Program-made: the position numbers and the translations under genes
The notes under the pieces: model-generated
The model's database searches: none
Seen by the model: the letters and a program-made list of their open reading frames with translations, nothing else
Told to the model about the DNA's origin: nothing
Shown: positions 1-8,211 of the stretch, one piece after another
How the letters are laid out: each line of letters starts with the position of its first letter
How positions within the stretch are numbered: position 1 is the stretch's first letter
Source of the DNA: Planctomicrobium piriforme
Lineage (GTDB): Bacteria; Planctomycetota; Planctomycetia; Pirellulales; UBA1268
Length of the DNA: 64,000 bases
Assembly (NCBI GenBank): GCA_945869735.1
Contig: CAMBPQ010000004.1
Span: forward strand, 5,219-69,218
Reading direction: 5' to 3'

Positions 1-1413
1 GAGGCCGCCGTTCCGCGAGAAGCAGTCGACGATCCGCCGCCGCCAGTCGACGAGCGAGGCCGCGTCTTGGGGACTGTTCTTCCACGATACGACCTCGCGA
101 CGCCCCGTCCGCCAGGTGAAACTCGCGGCGTTTCGCGGCGTCAGAAAACAGGCGTCCGCCGGCGTGTGGTCCCGGGTCCAGTCGCAGATGTCGGCCCAGG
201 CAGTTGCTGCCATCTTGGAGTCGCTGCGTGGCGCGAGCCATGCACGGCCTGGCAGTGGCCAGTGGAGGCTCTGCACGGCAAGATCGGCAAGCAGGACCGC
301 CACCGTCAGGCCTCGGACAACGGCAGGCCGCGCGCCGATCACACGGCCGCATAGAGTCTCGTCCTCGAGGAGCGCGGCGACGGCCGTCGCCAGCGCAAAG
401 GGCACCGCCACGTCGGCGAGCCGGAACCAGTAGTAGCGGAGGAGCCCGTGCACCGCTGCCGGTGCCCATGGCTCGGCGGCAGCGATCACGTGGCCCGTGA
501 GCGAAAGGCCAATCGCAGCCAGCGTAAACGCGGCAATCCGGTCGCGTGCGGCCGACGCGGGAAGAAGCCTGTGCAGGAGCCACCACCAGGCGATCGCGAG
601 CACGTGCCGAGCCACCATGCCATCGGCGAAGGTCCGCGGCAGCAGGTGATGCGCGAGCCGCTCCACCACGTAGATCCGGGTCGCCTCCCCCCGCACATCA
701 GCCGCGACGCCGGCTGATAATCCGAGCGCGGGCACGACTCCCGCTGCAGCCAGCAACAGGCCCACGGCCACGAGGGCCGTGGCGACGCCGCGGGCTTCCG
801 GGGCAGCCGGCCGCCCCATCGCCAGCCACGTCGCGATGGTGGCGACGAGGGCCCAGCCGCCAACGATCGGATGAAACGCCGTGGCCACGCCACACAGGCA
901 GACGGCCCACGCGAACCGGCCGCGGGCGATCCCGCCGAGCCCCCCGAGCACGAAGGCCCACGCAAACACCTTCGCCTCGCAGCCGCCGATCACCCACTCT
1001 CCGGCCGCGGTCGTGTTGCGAAGCGCCAGCGCGAAGAGAGCCGCCGCCAAGACGCGGGCCCAGCCCGAGCACAGCAGCGGAACAATCGCTCGGCGAAAGC
1101 CGATTGCAAGCGCCGCCCAACCGATGATCCGCCCGATCCACGCCGTCGGTTCCAGCGGCAAGGCCGCAGCGATCGGCCCCATGAGGAGATAGAAGACACC
1201 GTGGGCGTCAGGCGTTTCCAGGAAAAAGTCGCCCTGCGCCCAGGTTGGATCGGCCGCGTGGCGGGCTTTCGTCAGGTAGACCGTTTCGTTGACGTCAGGC
1301 ACGGGCCATGCCCCGGCCGCGGCGAACACGAGCAGGATCAGCAGCCACTCGACCACGGTGCCGAGCCGAGCCGCCGCTTCACTACCGCCACTTTCGCCGC
1401 GCCATGTCCGCAT
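1..1413 (-). CDS. polytopic integral membrane protein (uncharacterised, possibly GT-C-like); 3' end lies beyond window start
   Basis: Absent from the supplied ORF track because it has no stop inside the window. Hand translation of the minus strand from ATG 1413-1411 (in-frame TAG immediately upstream) gives MRTWRGESGGSEAAARLGTVVEWLLILLVFAAAGAWPVPDVNETVYLTKARHAADPTWAQGDFFLETPDAHGVFYLLMGPIAAALPLEPTAWIGRIIGW... There is no stop for 471 codons down to position 1. It has repeated hydrophobic helices and G/C-rich third positions. The listed ORFs in 67-1419 are other frames. Confidence 0.75.
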   Translation of the reverse strand, partial: MRTWRGESGGSEAAARLGTVVEWLLILLVFAAAGAWPVPDVNETVYLTKARHAADPTWAQGDFFLETPDAHGVFYLLMGPIAAALPLEPTAWIGRIIGWAALAIGFRRAIVPLLCSGWARVLAAALFALALRNTTAAGEWVIGGCEAKVFAWAFVLGGLGGIARGRFAWAVCLCGVATAFHPIVGGWALVATIATWLAMGRPAAPEARGVATALVAVGLLLAAAGVVPALGLSAGVAADVRGEATRIYVVERLAHHLLPRTFADGMVARHVLAIAWWWLLHRLLPASAARDRIAAFTLAAIGLSLTGHVIAAAEPWAPAAVHGLLRYYWFRLADVAVPFALATAVAALLEDETLCGRVIGARPAVVRGLTVAVLLADLAVQSLHWPLPGRAWLAPRSDSKMAATAWADICDWTRDHTPADACFLTPRNAASFTWRTGRREVVSWKNSPQDAASLVDWRRRIVDCFSRNGGL

Positions 1414-1481
1414 CTATAACCTCGTCGACTCTCGGGTCGCACGGCGGCCTCTTCATCGCCGACCGCAGGATACATGATCCG

Positions 1482-2432
1482 ATGGCTACCCGTACCTCCG
1501 CCGAGCCTCGCCCTGCACCCGATGGCGCGGCGACGGCGGCCACCGGTGCCGCGCTCAGGCGCGGCATCGAAACCGAGACGCTCGGCATCGTGGGGGCCCC
1601 CTTCGCGCTCGCCGCGAAACTCGTTGAGTCGGCCGGCTTTGACGCGATCTACCTCTCGGGCGCGGCCTTCTCGGCCGGTACGCTAGGTGTGCCCGACATT
1701 GGGCTCTTTACGCGGGACCAACTCGTCGAGCAGACGCGAATCCTGGCCCGCGCCGTCACGATCCCCATTGTCGTCGACGCCGATACCGGCTTCGGCGGCC
1801 CGGACGAGGTCGCCACGACCGTGAGGTTGCTCGAGGAGGCCGGCGCCGCCGCGATCCAACTCGAGGACCAGCGGGGGGCCGACAAGCGGTGCGGCCATCT
1901 CGCCGGCAAGCAGGTGGTCGACCCTGCCGAGATGTGCGCGAAGATAGCCGCTGCCGTGGCCAGCCGCCGCGATCCCGACACCGTCATCATCGGTCGCTGC
2001 GACTCGCGGAGCGTGCACGGGTTCGATGACTGCGTCTCCCGTCTGCGGGCCTACCGCGATGCCGGCGCCGACTGGCTCTTTCCGGAGGCCCTCGCGTCAC
2101 GGGACGAGTTCGCCCGCGTCGGCCACCAGTTTGCCGGCTCCCTGCCCCTGCTTGCCAACATGACGGAGTTTGGCACGAGCCCGCTGATCTCGATCCCAGA
2201 CCTCGCCGATCTGGGATTCACGGCCGTGCTCTATCCCGTGACGCTCATGCGGCTGGCGATGAAGGCGATGGAAGCGGGCCTCGCGATCATCCTCGCGGAG
2301 GGATCCCAGGAGAGCCTGCTCGACCTGATGCAGACACGGGAGGAGCTCTACGGGCTCCTTGACTACGATCCCACGCATCCGGAACGCCACCGCTTCGCAC
2401 GACCCGTATCCCCGCAGGAGCCCACCTCATGA
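1482..2432 (+). CDS. prpB: methylisocitrate lyase / PEP-mutase-isocitrate-lyase superfamily enzyme
   Basis: ORF 1308-2432. Start moved to ATG 1482 (MATRTSAEP...) because the upstream part overlaps the divergent gene and promoter region. Family-typical stretches IVVDADTGFGG and AAIQLEDQ..KRCGH are present. The stop overlaps the next start (ATGA at 2429-2432). Confidence 0.85.
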   Translation: MATRTSAEPRPAPDGAATAATGAALRRGIETETLGIVGAPFALAAKLVESAGFDAIYLSGAAFSAGTLGVPDIGLFTRDQLVEQTRILARAVTIPIVVDADTGFGGPDEVATTVRLLEEAGAAAIQLEDQRGADKRCGHLAGKQVVDPAEMCAKIAAAVASRRDPDTVIIGRCDSRSVHGFDDCVSRLRAYRDAGADWLFPEALASRDEFARVGHQFAGSLPLLANMTEFGTSPLISIPDLADLGFTAVLYPVTLMRLAMKAMEAGLAIILAEGSQESLLDLMQTREELYGLLDYDPTHPERHRFARPVSPQEPTS

Positions 2433-3577
2433 CCGCTTCACTGGCCCAGCCCGCCGCCGACTTCGCCAAGGGTCTGGCGGGTGTGATCGCCGGCCAGACC
2501 CGCATCTGCTCGCTCGACGGCACGCTCCGCTACCGCGGCTACGACATCGACGCCTTGGCCGCTGCCGGGGATTTTGAGGAGGTGGCCTACCTGCTCCTGC
2601 ACGGCGAACTCCCCACCCGCGCGGAACTGGCAGCCTTCTGCGACCGAGTCTCCGCTGCCGCGAGCACGGTCGACGCCACCGTGATCGACGCCCTCGCCCG
2701 GCTGGCCGCGACGAGCCCGCACGCCTCAGTGATGGACGCGCTGCGAACCGGCGTCAGCATGCTCGGCCTCATCGAGCGGGACGACACGCCGGGCCCCCGA
2801 GCCGCGCTCCTTGACCAGGCAGAGCGACTTCTCGGCCAGACGCCCGCCATCCTCGCCGCCTGGATCGATCTCACGAGCGGCCGATCGCCACAACCGTGGC
2901 CGGCGGGCTCCATCGCCACGAGCCTGCTCGAACGGCTCACGGGCCGTGTCCCGTCCCCGGAACATGTGGCCCTCTTTGGCACCACGCTCGTGCTGTATGC
3001 CGAGCATGAGTTCAATGCCTCCACGTTCGCGGCACGCACGGTCGCCTCCACCGGCTCCGACATGCACTCCTGCGTTACGGCGGCGATCGGCGCCCTCAAG
3101 GGCCCGCTGCACGGCGGCGCCAACGAGAAGGTGCTCGAGGTGCTGGGCGAGATCGGCTCGGCCGACCGGGCCGACGCCTGGGTACACGAGCAGTTCGCCG
3201 CCAAGCGGGTGGTGATGGGCTTCGGCCACCGCGTCTACAAGGACGGAGACGTGCGGGCAAAACTGCTCGGCACGATGTGTCGTGACATGGTCCGGGGCAC
3301 TGCCGGCGAGAAGATCGAAGAACTGGCCGACCGGGTCGAGCGGATGATGCTCGAAAAGAAGTCGCTCAAGCCCAACCTCGATTGGCCGGCGGCCCGCGTC
3401 TATCACGCGCTCGGTCTGCCGGTGAAGACGTTCACACCGATCTTCGTGGTGGCACGGATGAGCGGCTGGACCGCCCACGTCATTGAGCAGATCAGCGACA
3501 ACCGGATCATCCGGCCGCTCTCGATCTATACGGGCCCACCGGCCCGCGACTACGTGCCCGTCGCGTCACGCGGATAG
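2429..3577 (+). CDS. prpC: citrate synthase / 2-methylcitrate synthase
   Basis: 382 aa. Contains the citrate-synthase signature GFGHRVYKDGDVRA and ends ..IIRPLSIYTGP. Translationally coupled to the prpB-like gene. Confidence 0.9.
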   Translation: MTASLAQPAADFAKGLAGVIAGQTRICSLDGTLRYRGYDIDALAAAGDFEEVAYLLLHGELPTRAELAAFCDRVSAAASTVDATVIDALARLAATSPHASVMDALRTGVSMLGLIERDDTPGPRAALLDQAERLLGQTPAILAAWIDLTSGRSPQPWPAGSIATSLLERLTGRVPSPEHVALFGTTLVLYAEHEFNASTFAARTVASTGSDMHSCVTAAIGALKGPLHGGANEKVLEVLGEIGSADRADAWVHEQFAAKRVVMGFGHRVYKDGDVRAKLLGTMCRDMVRGTAGEKIEELADRVERMMLEKKSLKPNLDWPAARVYHALGLPVKTFTPIFVVARMSGWTAHVIEQISDNRIIRPLSIYTGPPARDYVPVASRG

Positions 3578-3601
3578 CGTGTCTTTCTGCCGGCTACGTG
3601 A

Positions 3602-3792
3602 TGAGAGCGCATTCGGCTGTGGTGGATCGCCGGCTCGGGGGCGGCAAAAGTCTCGTCGCTGAGGGCCGCGGCGGCCCGACGCTCCTTGAGCGTTCGCCGA
3701 CCCCATCGCCTACCTCGTCCAAGATGCCATCTCGCAAGATGCCATCTCGCAAGATGCCATCTCGCCGCTCCACCGAAAGCGGTTGCGCTCTA
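3602..3792 (+). repeat. R1 MITE-like element, copy A (carries internal 3 x 15-bp expansion)
   Basis: TGAGAGCGCATTCGG..GTGGATCGCCGGCTCGGGGGCGGCAAAAGTCTCGTCGC...GAGCGTTCGCCGACCCC...CTCGCCGCTCCACCGAAAGCGGTTGCGCTCTA. Homologous to copies B-H. The last 3 nt (CTA, 3790-3792) are the stop codon of the minus-strand DUF1573 gene. Confidence 0.85.
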
Positions 3793-4836
3793 GCGCGGCA
3801 GGCTCGCTGACTGCCCTGCCGCCGCCGCCAGCGGTTCGACCTCTGCCTGCACCGTCACCACCGGCACAGCACCCTCCCCGAGATCGGTCGATATCTTGAG
3901 TTGCTGTTCGACTCGCCCCGCGAGGTCCCCGGCCTGAAACGTCACTGGCAGGATGTGGACCTTGGCCGGCGTGGTCCGCGGCTCACACGTGAGGCAGCCA
4001 TTTTCGCAGTCCACGCCCGTGATGCAGAAATCGCGGTTCGCACGCACGACGACATTCTTGGTCACCGTGCCACCGCACTTCACCGAACCGAGCGAGAGAA
4101 GTTGCGGGCTAACGGTCACCGCCGCCACCACGCGGCCTTCGACGTCCATGGGGATCTGCGTGGCCCGCGGATCACTGGTGACGAGAATGAGTTGGCCCTT
4201 CATGTAACCGGCCGGAGAGTCGGCCTTCAGCCGCAGCGTCAGATCGTAGGCGGTCTGCGAAGACGACCGCGTCGGCTTCGAGAGACTCACCTCGAAGTTC
4301 GGGTTGGCGCTGCGGACGTCGGTGATGTCCCACGGGGCACTCCCCACGCGAGTCACGCGGACCGACCGCTCCGCCCCCGCCCCGAGATCAACGTTGCCGA
4401 GATCGACAAACGGCGGTTCGAACGTGACGTCACCGCGGATGTTGCCGGCCACCCGTAGCTGAACCTCCGCGTAGAACGGCTTGTCGAACGTCACCGTGAG
4501 CGTCGCGCCGTGCTGACCGAGGAACGTCCGCGTGTTGAACTTCGCGACGATCTCCGCAGTCTCGTGAGTCTTGAGGTCGCTTTTTGTGACCTCTGGCGAC
4601 GTGCAGCCGCAACTCGTCCGCACGCCGACCACATGGAGATCTTCCTTGTACGCGTTGCGGAAGACGAAGCGGTATTCGGTCTTTGAGCCCTTGGCGACGG
4701 TGCCGAAGTTGTGACTCGTCACCGAGAACATCTTCTTGGCCCACTCCTGGGCCAAGAGCGGCTCAGCACTCGTGAAGAACACGCATGCCGCGACGCACGA
4801 CAACGTGCGACCAAGACTGAACGGTGAGCGGAACAT
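3790..4836 (-). CDS. secreted DUF1573 domain-containing protein
   Basis: C-terminal two thirds of ORF 3790-5370. DUF1573 hallmark FGTVAKGSKTEYRFVFRN..LHVVGVRTSCGCT. Start chosen at ATG 4836 (MFRSPFSLGRTLSCVAACVFFTSAEPLLAQE, signal-peptide-like); ATG 4911 is an alternative. Everything upstream overlaps the tmRNA gene on the other strand. Confidence 0.8.
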   Translation of the reverse strand: MFRSPFSLGRTLSCVAACVFFTSAEPLLAQEWAKKMFSVTSHNFGTVAKGSKTEYRFVFRNAYKEDLHVVGVRTSCGCTSPEVTKSDLKTHETAEIVAKFNTRTFLGQHGATLTVTFDKPFYAEVQLRVAGNIRGDVTFEPPFVDLGNVDLGAGAERSVRVTRVGSAPWDITDVRSANPNFEVSLSKPTRSSSQTAYDLTLRLKADSPAGYMKGQLILVTSDPRATQIPMDVEGRVVAAVTVSPQLLSLGSVKCGGTVTKNVVVRANRDFCITGVDCENGCLTCEPRTTPAKVHILPVTFQAGDLAGRVEQQLKISTDLGEGAVPVVTVQAEVEPLAAAAGQSASLPR

Positions 4837-4897
4837 AGCAGTGCCCACGCAAGGGAAGACGGCGGCCGAAAAACCGGCCCGCTTCGCCTGGAAGAAG

Positions 4898-4925
4898 AGT
4901 ATGGGTGACATGGGATGAGCGTCAA
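4898..4925 (-). promoter_or_regulatory. candidate sigma70-like promoter for the DUF1573 gene (TTGACG-16 nt-CATACT)
   Basis: The minus strand reads TTGACG (4925-4920), a 16-nt spacer, then CATACT (4903-4898). It sits in the only AT-richer patch upstream of ATG 4836. Pattern match only. Confidence 0.25.
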
Positions 4926-5170
4926 CTTTTGAGGATGAGAAAAACTTAATATGGTAGGCCTTTTCGGAGCCCATCGGCGGCCTGCTACCCTCCCAGTATT
5001 GACCCGCCCGAGTGTCTACTCGCCGCGGAAACGCGTTTTTTCTGCGGAAATGAAGGTAGCCGGGCCTCACGACCGATACATTCCTTGAGGTTTCTGGGGT
5101 AGAATGGGGACGTCTGAAGTCCGCGGCGGCCGCGTGGCCGTCGGAACCCCGGACAGGACACAACCCAAAC

Positions 5171-5525
5171 GGGGGCGTACTGGTTTCGACCGGATGGCAA
5201 GAGGCTCGGATTGCGTGTCGTGGTTGGTCGGCTGGCCACGTTAAAAGTCGACCAAGCTTCAATTGCCGAAGCTCAGTTTTCTCTGGCTGCTTAACTAAGC
5301 AACCCCGAGCGATGGCCCCAGTCGGAAGGGCCTCCCAATCGGTCGCCAAATCCGACTCGCCCCGTTTCACCGCCTAGTACAGGCGGGGCTAAAAAAGTTC
5401 CGGGCTGGCCTGTGACGCACCCTGTCGGCCGGGGACGCACAGGCGAGACTCAAGTTGACCGGACACACACGTAGACGTTCGTGCTGAAACATCACGGGAC
5501 AGGGGTTCGACTCCCCTCGCCTCCA
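5171..5525 (+). ncRNA. ssrA: tmRNA (transfer-messenger RNA)
   Basis: 5' GGGGGCGUACUGGUUUCGACCGG matches the canonical tmRNA 5' end. The acceptor stem GGGGGCG pairs with CGCCUCC (5518-5524), including the G3:U wobble. T-arm GGGGUUCGACUCCCC, discriminator A5525; CCA is not encoded. The internal tag frame GAC CAA GCU UCA AUU GCC GAA GCU CAG UUU UCU CUG GCU GCU UAA (5250-5294) gives DQASIAEAQFSLAA*. Confidence 0.9.
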
Positions 5526-5620
5526 CTTCACGCCCGCCGGGCCCTCGTGGCCCCGGCGGGCTGGACCTGATGGGCTCGCCATCTAGGCGAGCGATCATGC
5601 GTTCTGCCGAGACGCCGTCT

Positions 5621-5845
5621 CCCGTCAGGAAGCCCCAATCGCGAGCGCGGGGAATGCGGGTGAACTGAAGACTGCGACGCATTGGTTCGCCGGCGGTGAC
5701 ATGCTCGCCGCCGGGGGATTTTGCTACGGGATGCCCGCGTGGCCGACCGAGCATTGCTCGTGAGTCGCAAAGATTCCCCGGCGTCTGCGCGTGCCTCCGA
5801 CCGACTCCTCACGATCGGGAGCGTGCGCCTCCCGTCAGGAAGCGC
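5621..5845 (+). repeat. R3 repeat, copy 1 (bounded by R2-type half modules)
   Basis: Aligns by eye over ~225 bp with 37632-37860. The 45-nt core ATTGGTTCGCCGGCGGTGACATGCTCGCCGCCGGGGGATTTTGCT is identical in both. Starts with CCCGTCAGGAAGCCCCAATCGCGAGCGCGGGGAATGC and ends with a degenerate second copy, CCCGTCAGGAAGCGCAATGCC. Confidence 0.8.
5689..5724 (+). terminator. terminator-like hairpin inside R3 copy 1
   Basis: GCCGGCGG-tgacatgctcg-CCGCCGG followed by GGGATTTTGC, ~165 nt downstream of the tmRNA 3' end on the same strand. Confidence 0.3.
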
Positions 5846-5912
5846 AATGCCGTGAGCCACCCGACTGCCGGCTGGGGCTGTCGTGCGTTCGAACTTCAGT
5901 GATTCAGCTCCA

Positions 5913-7061
5913 TCAAACCGGGCTCCACCCCACCATGGGCTGCGGATGGATGACCGGCTTGCCCACGACCGCAATCCGGTGCCGCTCCGCGTCGATCGCG
6001 GCCCCTGAAAAGTGCTCGATCGCGAGGTCGAAACGAATGCTCGCTCCCGACGCGAGTGGCACCACCCGGCTCTGTGCTTCCTCGAAGGACCGGGCATTCG
6101 GGTAGTTGGTGCCTGGCTCCAAGCCGGTGACGTAGCCGTCGGCCAGCCCTCCCTGATTCTTCCAGAGTGTGAAGCACGGGAGCGTGTCGGTCCGCCATGA
6201 AAGGCTCGCGGCATTGCGGCCGTCGGGCCCCACGAGCAGGGCGGATGCCTGGCCTGCGGCGTCGGCCCGCAGTCGCGCGAAATGGACCTGCTCGCCGCGG
6301 CCCCCCTGCGGTGTGACGTAGCGGTTCCACGTGGGCACGTCGCCCGCGGCGGCAGCGTCACGAGGGGCCAGTTCCTCCACCGCCGCCACGACCTCGGCCC
6401 CGGGCCCCAGGAGCGGCGGCCCAAAGTTGACGTGATAGAGCATCTGCATCGTGGTCGGACGATCGGAGAGATTCTTCACGCTGTCGGTCCAACTCACCCG
6501 ATGCCGATCCGCGTGGATCGTGAGCGACGTCGTCATCCGCAGCGACTGGACGAGGAACCGCGTCTCGTCGACCGCACCAGTGAGCGTGATGGTGCCAGCG
6601 GACTCGTCAAGCGTGACGTCAAGGTGGTGCGCGGGGAGGTTGGCAATCCGGCCGTGCAGGCCATGCCGCACGCGGCCCGAGGCGTCGACGTCGGGGGCCC
6701 CGTTGCTCACGAGGCCGCACCGAACCACGAGCTCGTCGAAGCCTTCAAGCCAGCCGAGCCCCGACGCCTCGGCAAGCGGCACGAACCGCGGATGCACGGG
6801 ACCGTGCACGGGCGACTGCCAGCCGAGCTCCACCCCGTCCGCCACGATCTTCCAGATACCGAGACCGCGATCGGGCAGGACGAAGACCTTCGTGTCGCCC
6901 GCCACGAGTTCCACAAGTAACACGCCCTCCCGCAGGCCACCCGAGAGCCGTCGCGTGCGGACGGCCAACCGGCCGAGCGAGAAGTCGACCCGGTCCGCAG
7001 CCGGAAACGACGCCGCGCGATGCGGGGTGATGAGTTGCAGGGTCTGCGACGCCACGGGCAT
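5913..7061 (-). CDS. aldose-1-epimerase-like protein (DUF4432 family)
   Basis: 382-aa ORF. VLPDRGLGIWKI..GWQSPV and ..GLHGRIANLPA.. resemble the DUF4432/aldose-epimerase fold family. Good GC3 bias. Confidence 0.8.
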   Translation of the reverse strand: MPVASQTLQLITPHRAASFPAADRVDFSLGRLAVRTRRLSGGLREGVLLVELVAGDTKVFVLPDRGLGIWKIVADGVELGWQSPVHGPVHPRFVPLAEASGLGWLEGFDELVVRCGLVSNGAPDVDASGRVRHGLHGRIANLPAHHLDVTLDESAGTITLTGAVDETRFLVQSLRMTTSLTIHADRHRVSWTDSVKNLSDRPTTMQMLYHVNFGPPLLGPGAEVVAAVEELAPRDAAAAGDVPTWNRYVTPQGGRGEQVHFARLRADAAGQASALLVGPDGRNAASLSWRTDTLPCFTLWKNQGGLADGYVTGLEPGTNYPNARSFEEAQSRVVPLASGASIRFDLAIEHFSGAAIDAERHRIAVVGKPVIHPQPMVGWSPV

Positions 7062-7259
7062 CTCCTCAGAAAGGAAGCGCAGCCCGGGAGGCTGTCGCGG
7101 ACGTCGCGATAAGCAACCCCATGGGCAGAACCCGGGTCAGGATACCGTCCGGCCCCCGAGCCATGCAGATGGCTTGAAGACACCCGTGCGCGCGGTCACA
7201 GTGATCCTTTCCGGGCCGCGGTTCGCCGCAGCCTCCCCGTCGCCTCTTGAGCGATCCCA

Positions 7260-8204
7260 ATGAATGACCTGAAGATCTTCAGCGGGCCGGCCAACCCGGC
7301 CCTTACGCAGGACATCTGCCGCTATCTCAACCTGCCGATGGGCAAGATTTCGCTGGGGCGATTCCCCGACGGTGAGATCTCCTGCAAGATCGACGAGGAC
7401 GTCCGCGGCCGCGACGTGTTCATCGTTCAGTCGACCTGCCCGCCGGTCAACGAGCACATCATGGAACTGCTCGTGATGATCGACAGCTTCAAGCGGGCGA
7501 GTTCGTTCCGCATCACGGCGGTGATCCCCTACTTCGGCTACGCCCGCCAGGACCGTAAGGACGCCGGACGCGTGCCAATCACGGCCAAACTCGTGGCCAA
7601 CCTGATCACCCGCGCCGGGGCCGACCGGGTCTTAGCGATGGATCTGCACGCCGCCCAAATTCAGGGCTTCTTCGACGTGCCCGTGGATCACCTCTACGCC
7701 GCGCCCGTCCTCAACAATCATCTCCAGTCGCTCGACATCCCCCGGGAAGACATCGTCGTCGTAAGCGCCGACGAGGGTGGCATCAAGCGGGCCGTGGGCC
7801 ATGCCAACAGAATCGGCGCACCGCTGGCGATCATCGACAAACGGCGGCTCTCGGCCGACACGACCAAGAGCGCCAACATCATCGGCGCGAGTGTCGAGGG
7901 CAAGACGGCGATTCTGTTCGACGACATGATCAGCACGGCCGGATCGATTTGCGGCGCGGCTGACGTGGTGAGCAAGCACGGCGCCAAAGCGATCTACGCC
8001 GCCGCGACCCACGGTCTGCTCGTCGGCCCTGCGATCGAGCGTCTTAAGCAGGCCCCCTTCACCAAGATCATCATCACCGACTCGATCCCGCTCACCCCGG
8101 GCAAGATGCTCTCCAACATCACCGTGCTCTCGGTCGCCGGCCTCCTCGGCCAGGCGATCAAGCGGATCCACCGCAACGAGTCGGTGAGCATGATGTTTCA
8201 GTAG
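7260..8204 (+). CDS. prs: ribose-phosphate pyrophosphokinase
   Basis: 314 aa. MNDLKIFSG.ANP.L...I, ..YFGYARQDRK.., and the PRPP-binding loop ILFDDMISTAGS. Confidence 0.95.
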   Translation: MNDLKIFSGPANPALTQDICRYLNLPMGKISLGRFPDGEISCKIDEDVRGRDVFIVQSTCPPVNEHIMELLVMIDSFKRASSFRITAVIPYFGYARQDRKDAGRVPITAKLVANLITRAGADRVLAMDLHAAQIQGFFDVPVDHLYAAPVLNNHLQSLDIPREDIVVVSADEGGIKRAVGHANRIGAPLAIIDKRRLSADTTKSANIIGASVEGKTAILFDDMISTAGSICGAADVVSKHGAKAIYAAATHGLLVGPAIERLKQAPFTKIIITDSIPLTPGKMLSNITVLSVAGLLGQAIKRIHRNESVSMMFQ

Positions 8205-8211
8205 ACACGCC

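Noticed and set aside
67-1419. Track ORFs in the first 1.4 kb (for example 546-1127 plus, 698-1141 minus, 871-1419 plus).
   Set aside because: All are Arg/Pro-rich shadow frames. The unlisted minus-strand frame ending at the window edge is open throughout and encodes a convincing membrane protein.
3598-3810. ORF encoding ..GGGKSLVAEGRGG..SKMPSRKMPSRKMPSRR.., and the recurring peptide ..GGGKSLVAGARIRPRLLERSPTPLPPSSKVPSRRSTK.. seen in many track ORFs, as a small-protein gene family.
   Set aside because: The similarity is at the DNA level (R1 repeat). Copies differ by indels that are not multiples of three, so the frame is lost in copies B and F. Copies occur in both orientations abutting real genes, and no consistent start/stop or RBS is present.
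5096-5105. TAGAAT at 5100-5105 as the ssrA promoter -10 element.
   Set aside because: No acceptable -35 lies at 16-18 nt spacing (TTGAGG is only 9 nt away), so I did not list it as a feature. It is mentioned only in connection with the similar box near leuS.
5106-5170. GGGGACGTCTGAAG at 5106 as the tmRNA 5' end, giving a ~420-nt tmRNA.
   Set aside because: GGGGACG pairs with the 3' strand CGCCUCC only with an A:C mismatch, and the conserved UGGUUUCGAC box would be ~70 nt from the end. GGGGGCG at 5171 pairs perfectly (with G3:U) and gives a canonical ~355-nt molecule.
4837-5370. N-terminal ~180 residues of the 526-aa ORF 3790-5370 (minus).
   Set aside because: This stretch is antisense to a canonical tmRNA gene (5171-5525) and to its upstream region. 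It has no domain content. The DUF1573 part begins after an internal Met with a good signal peptide.
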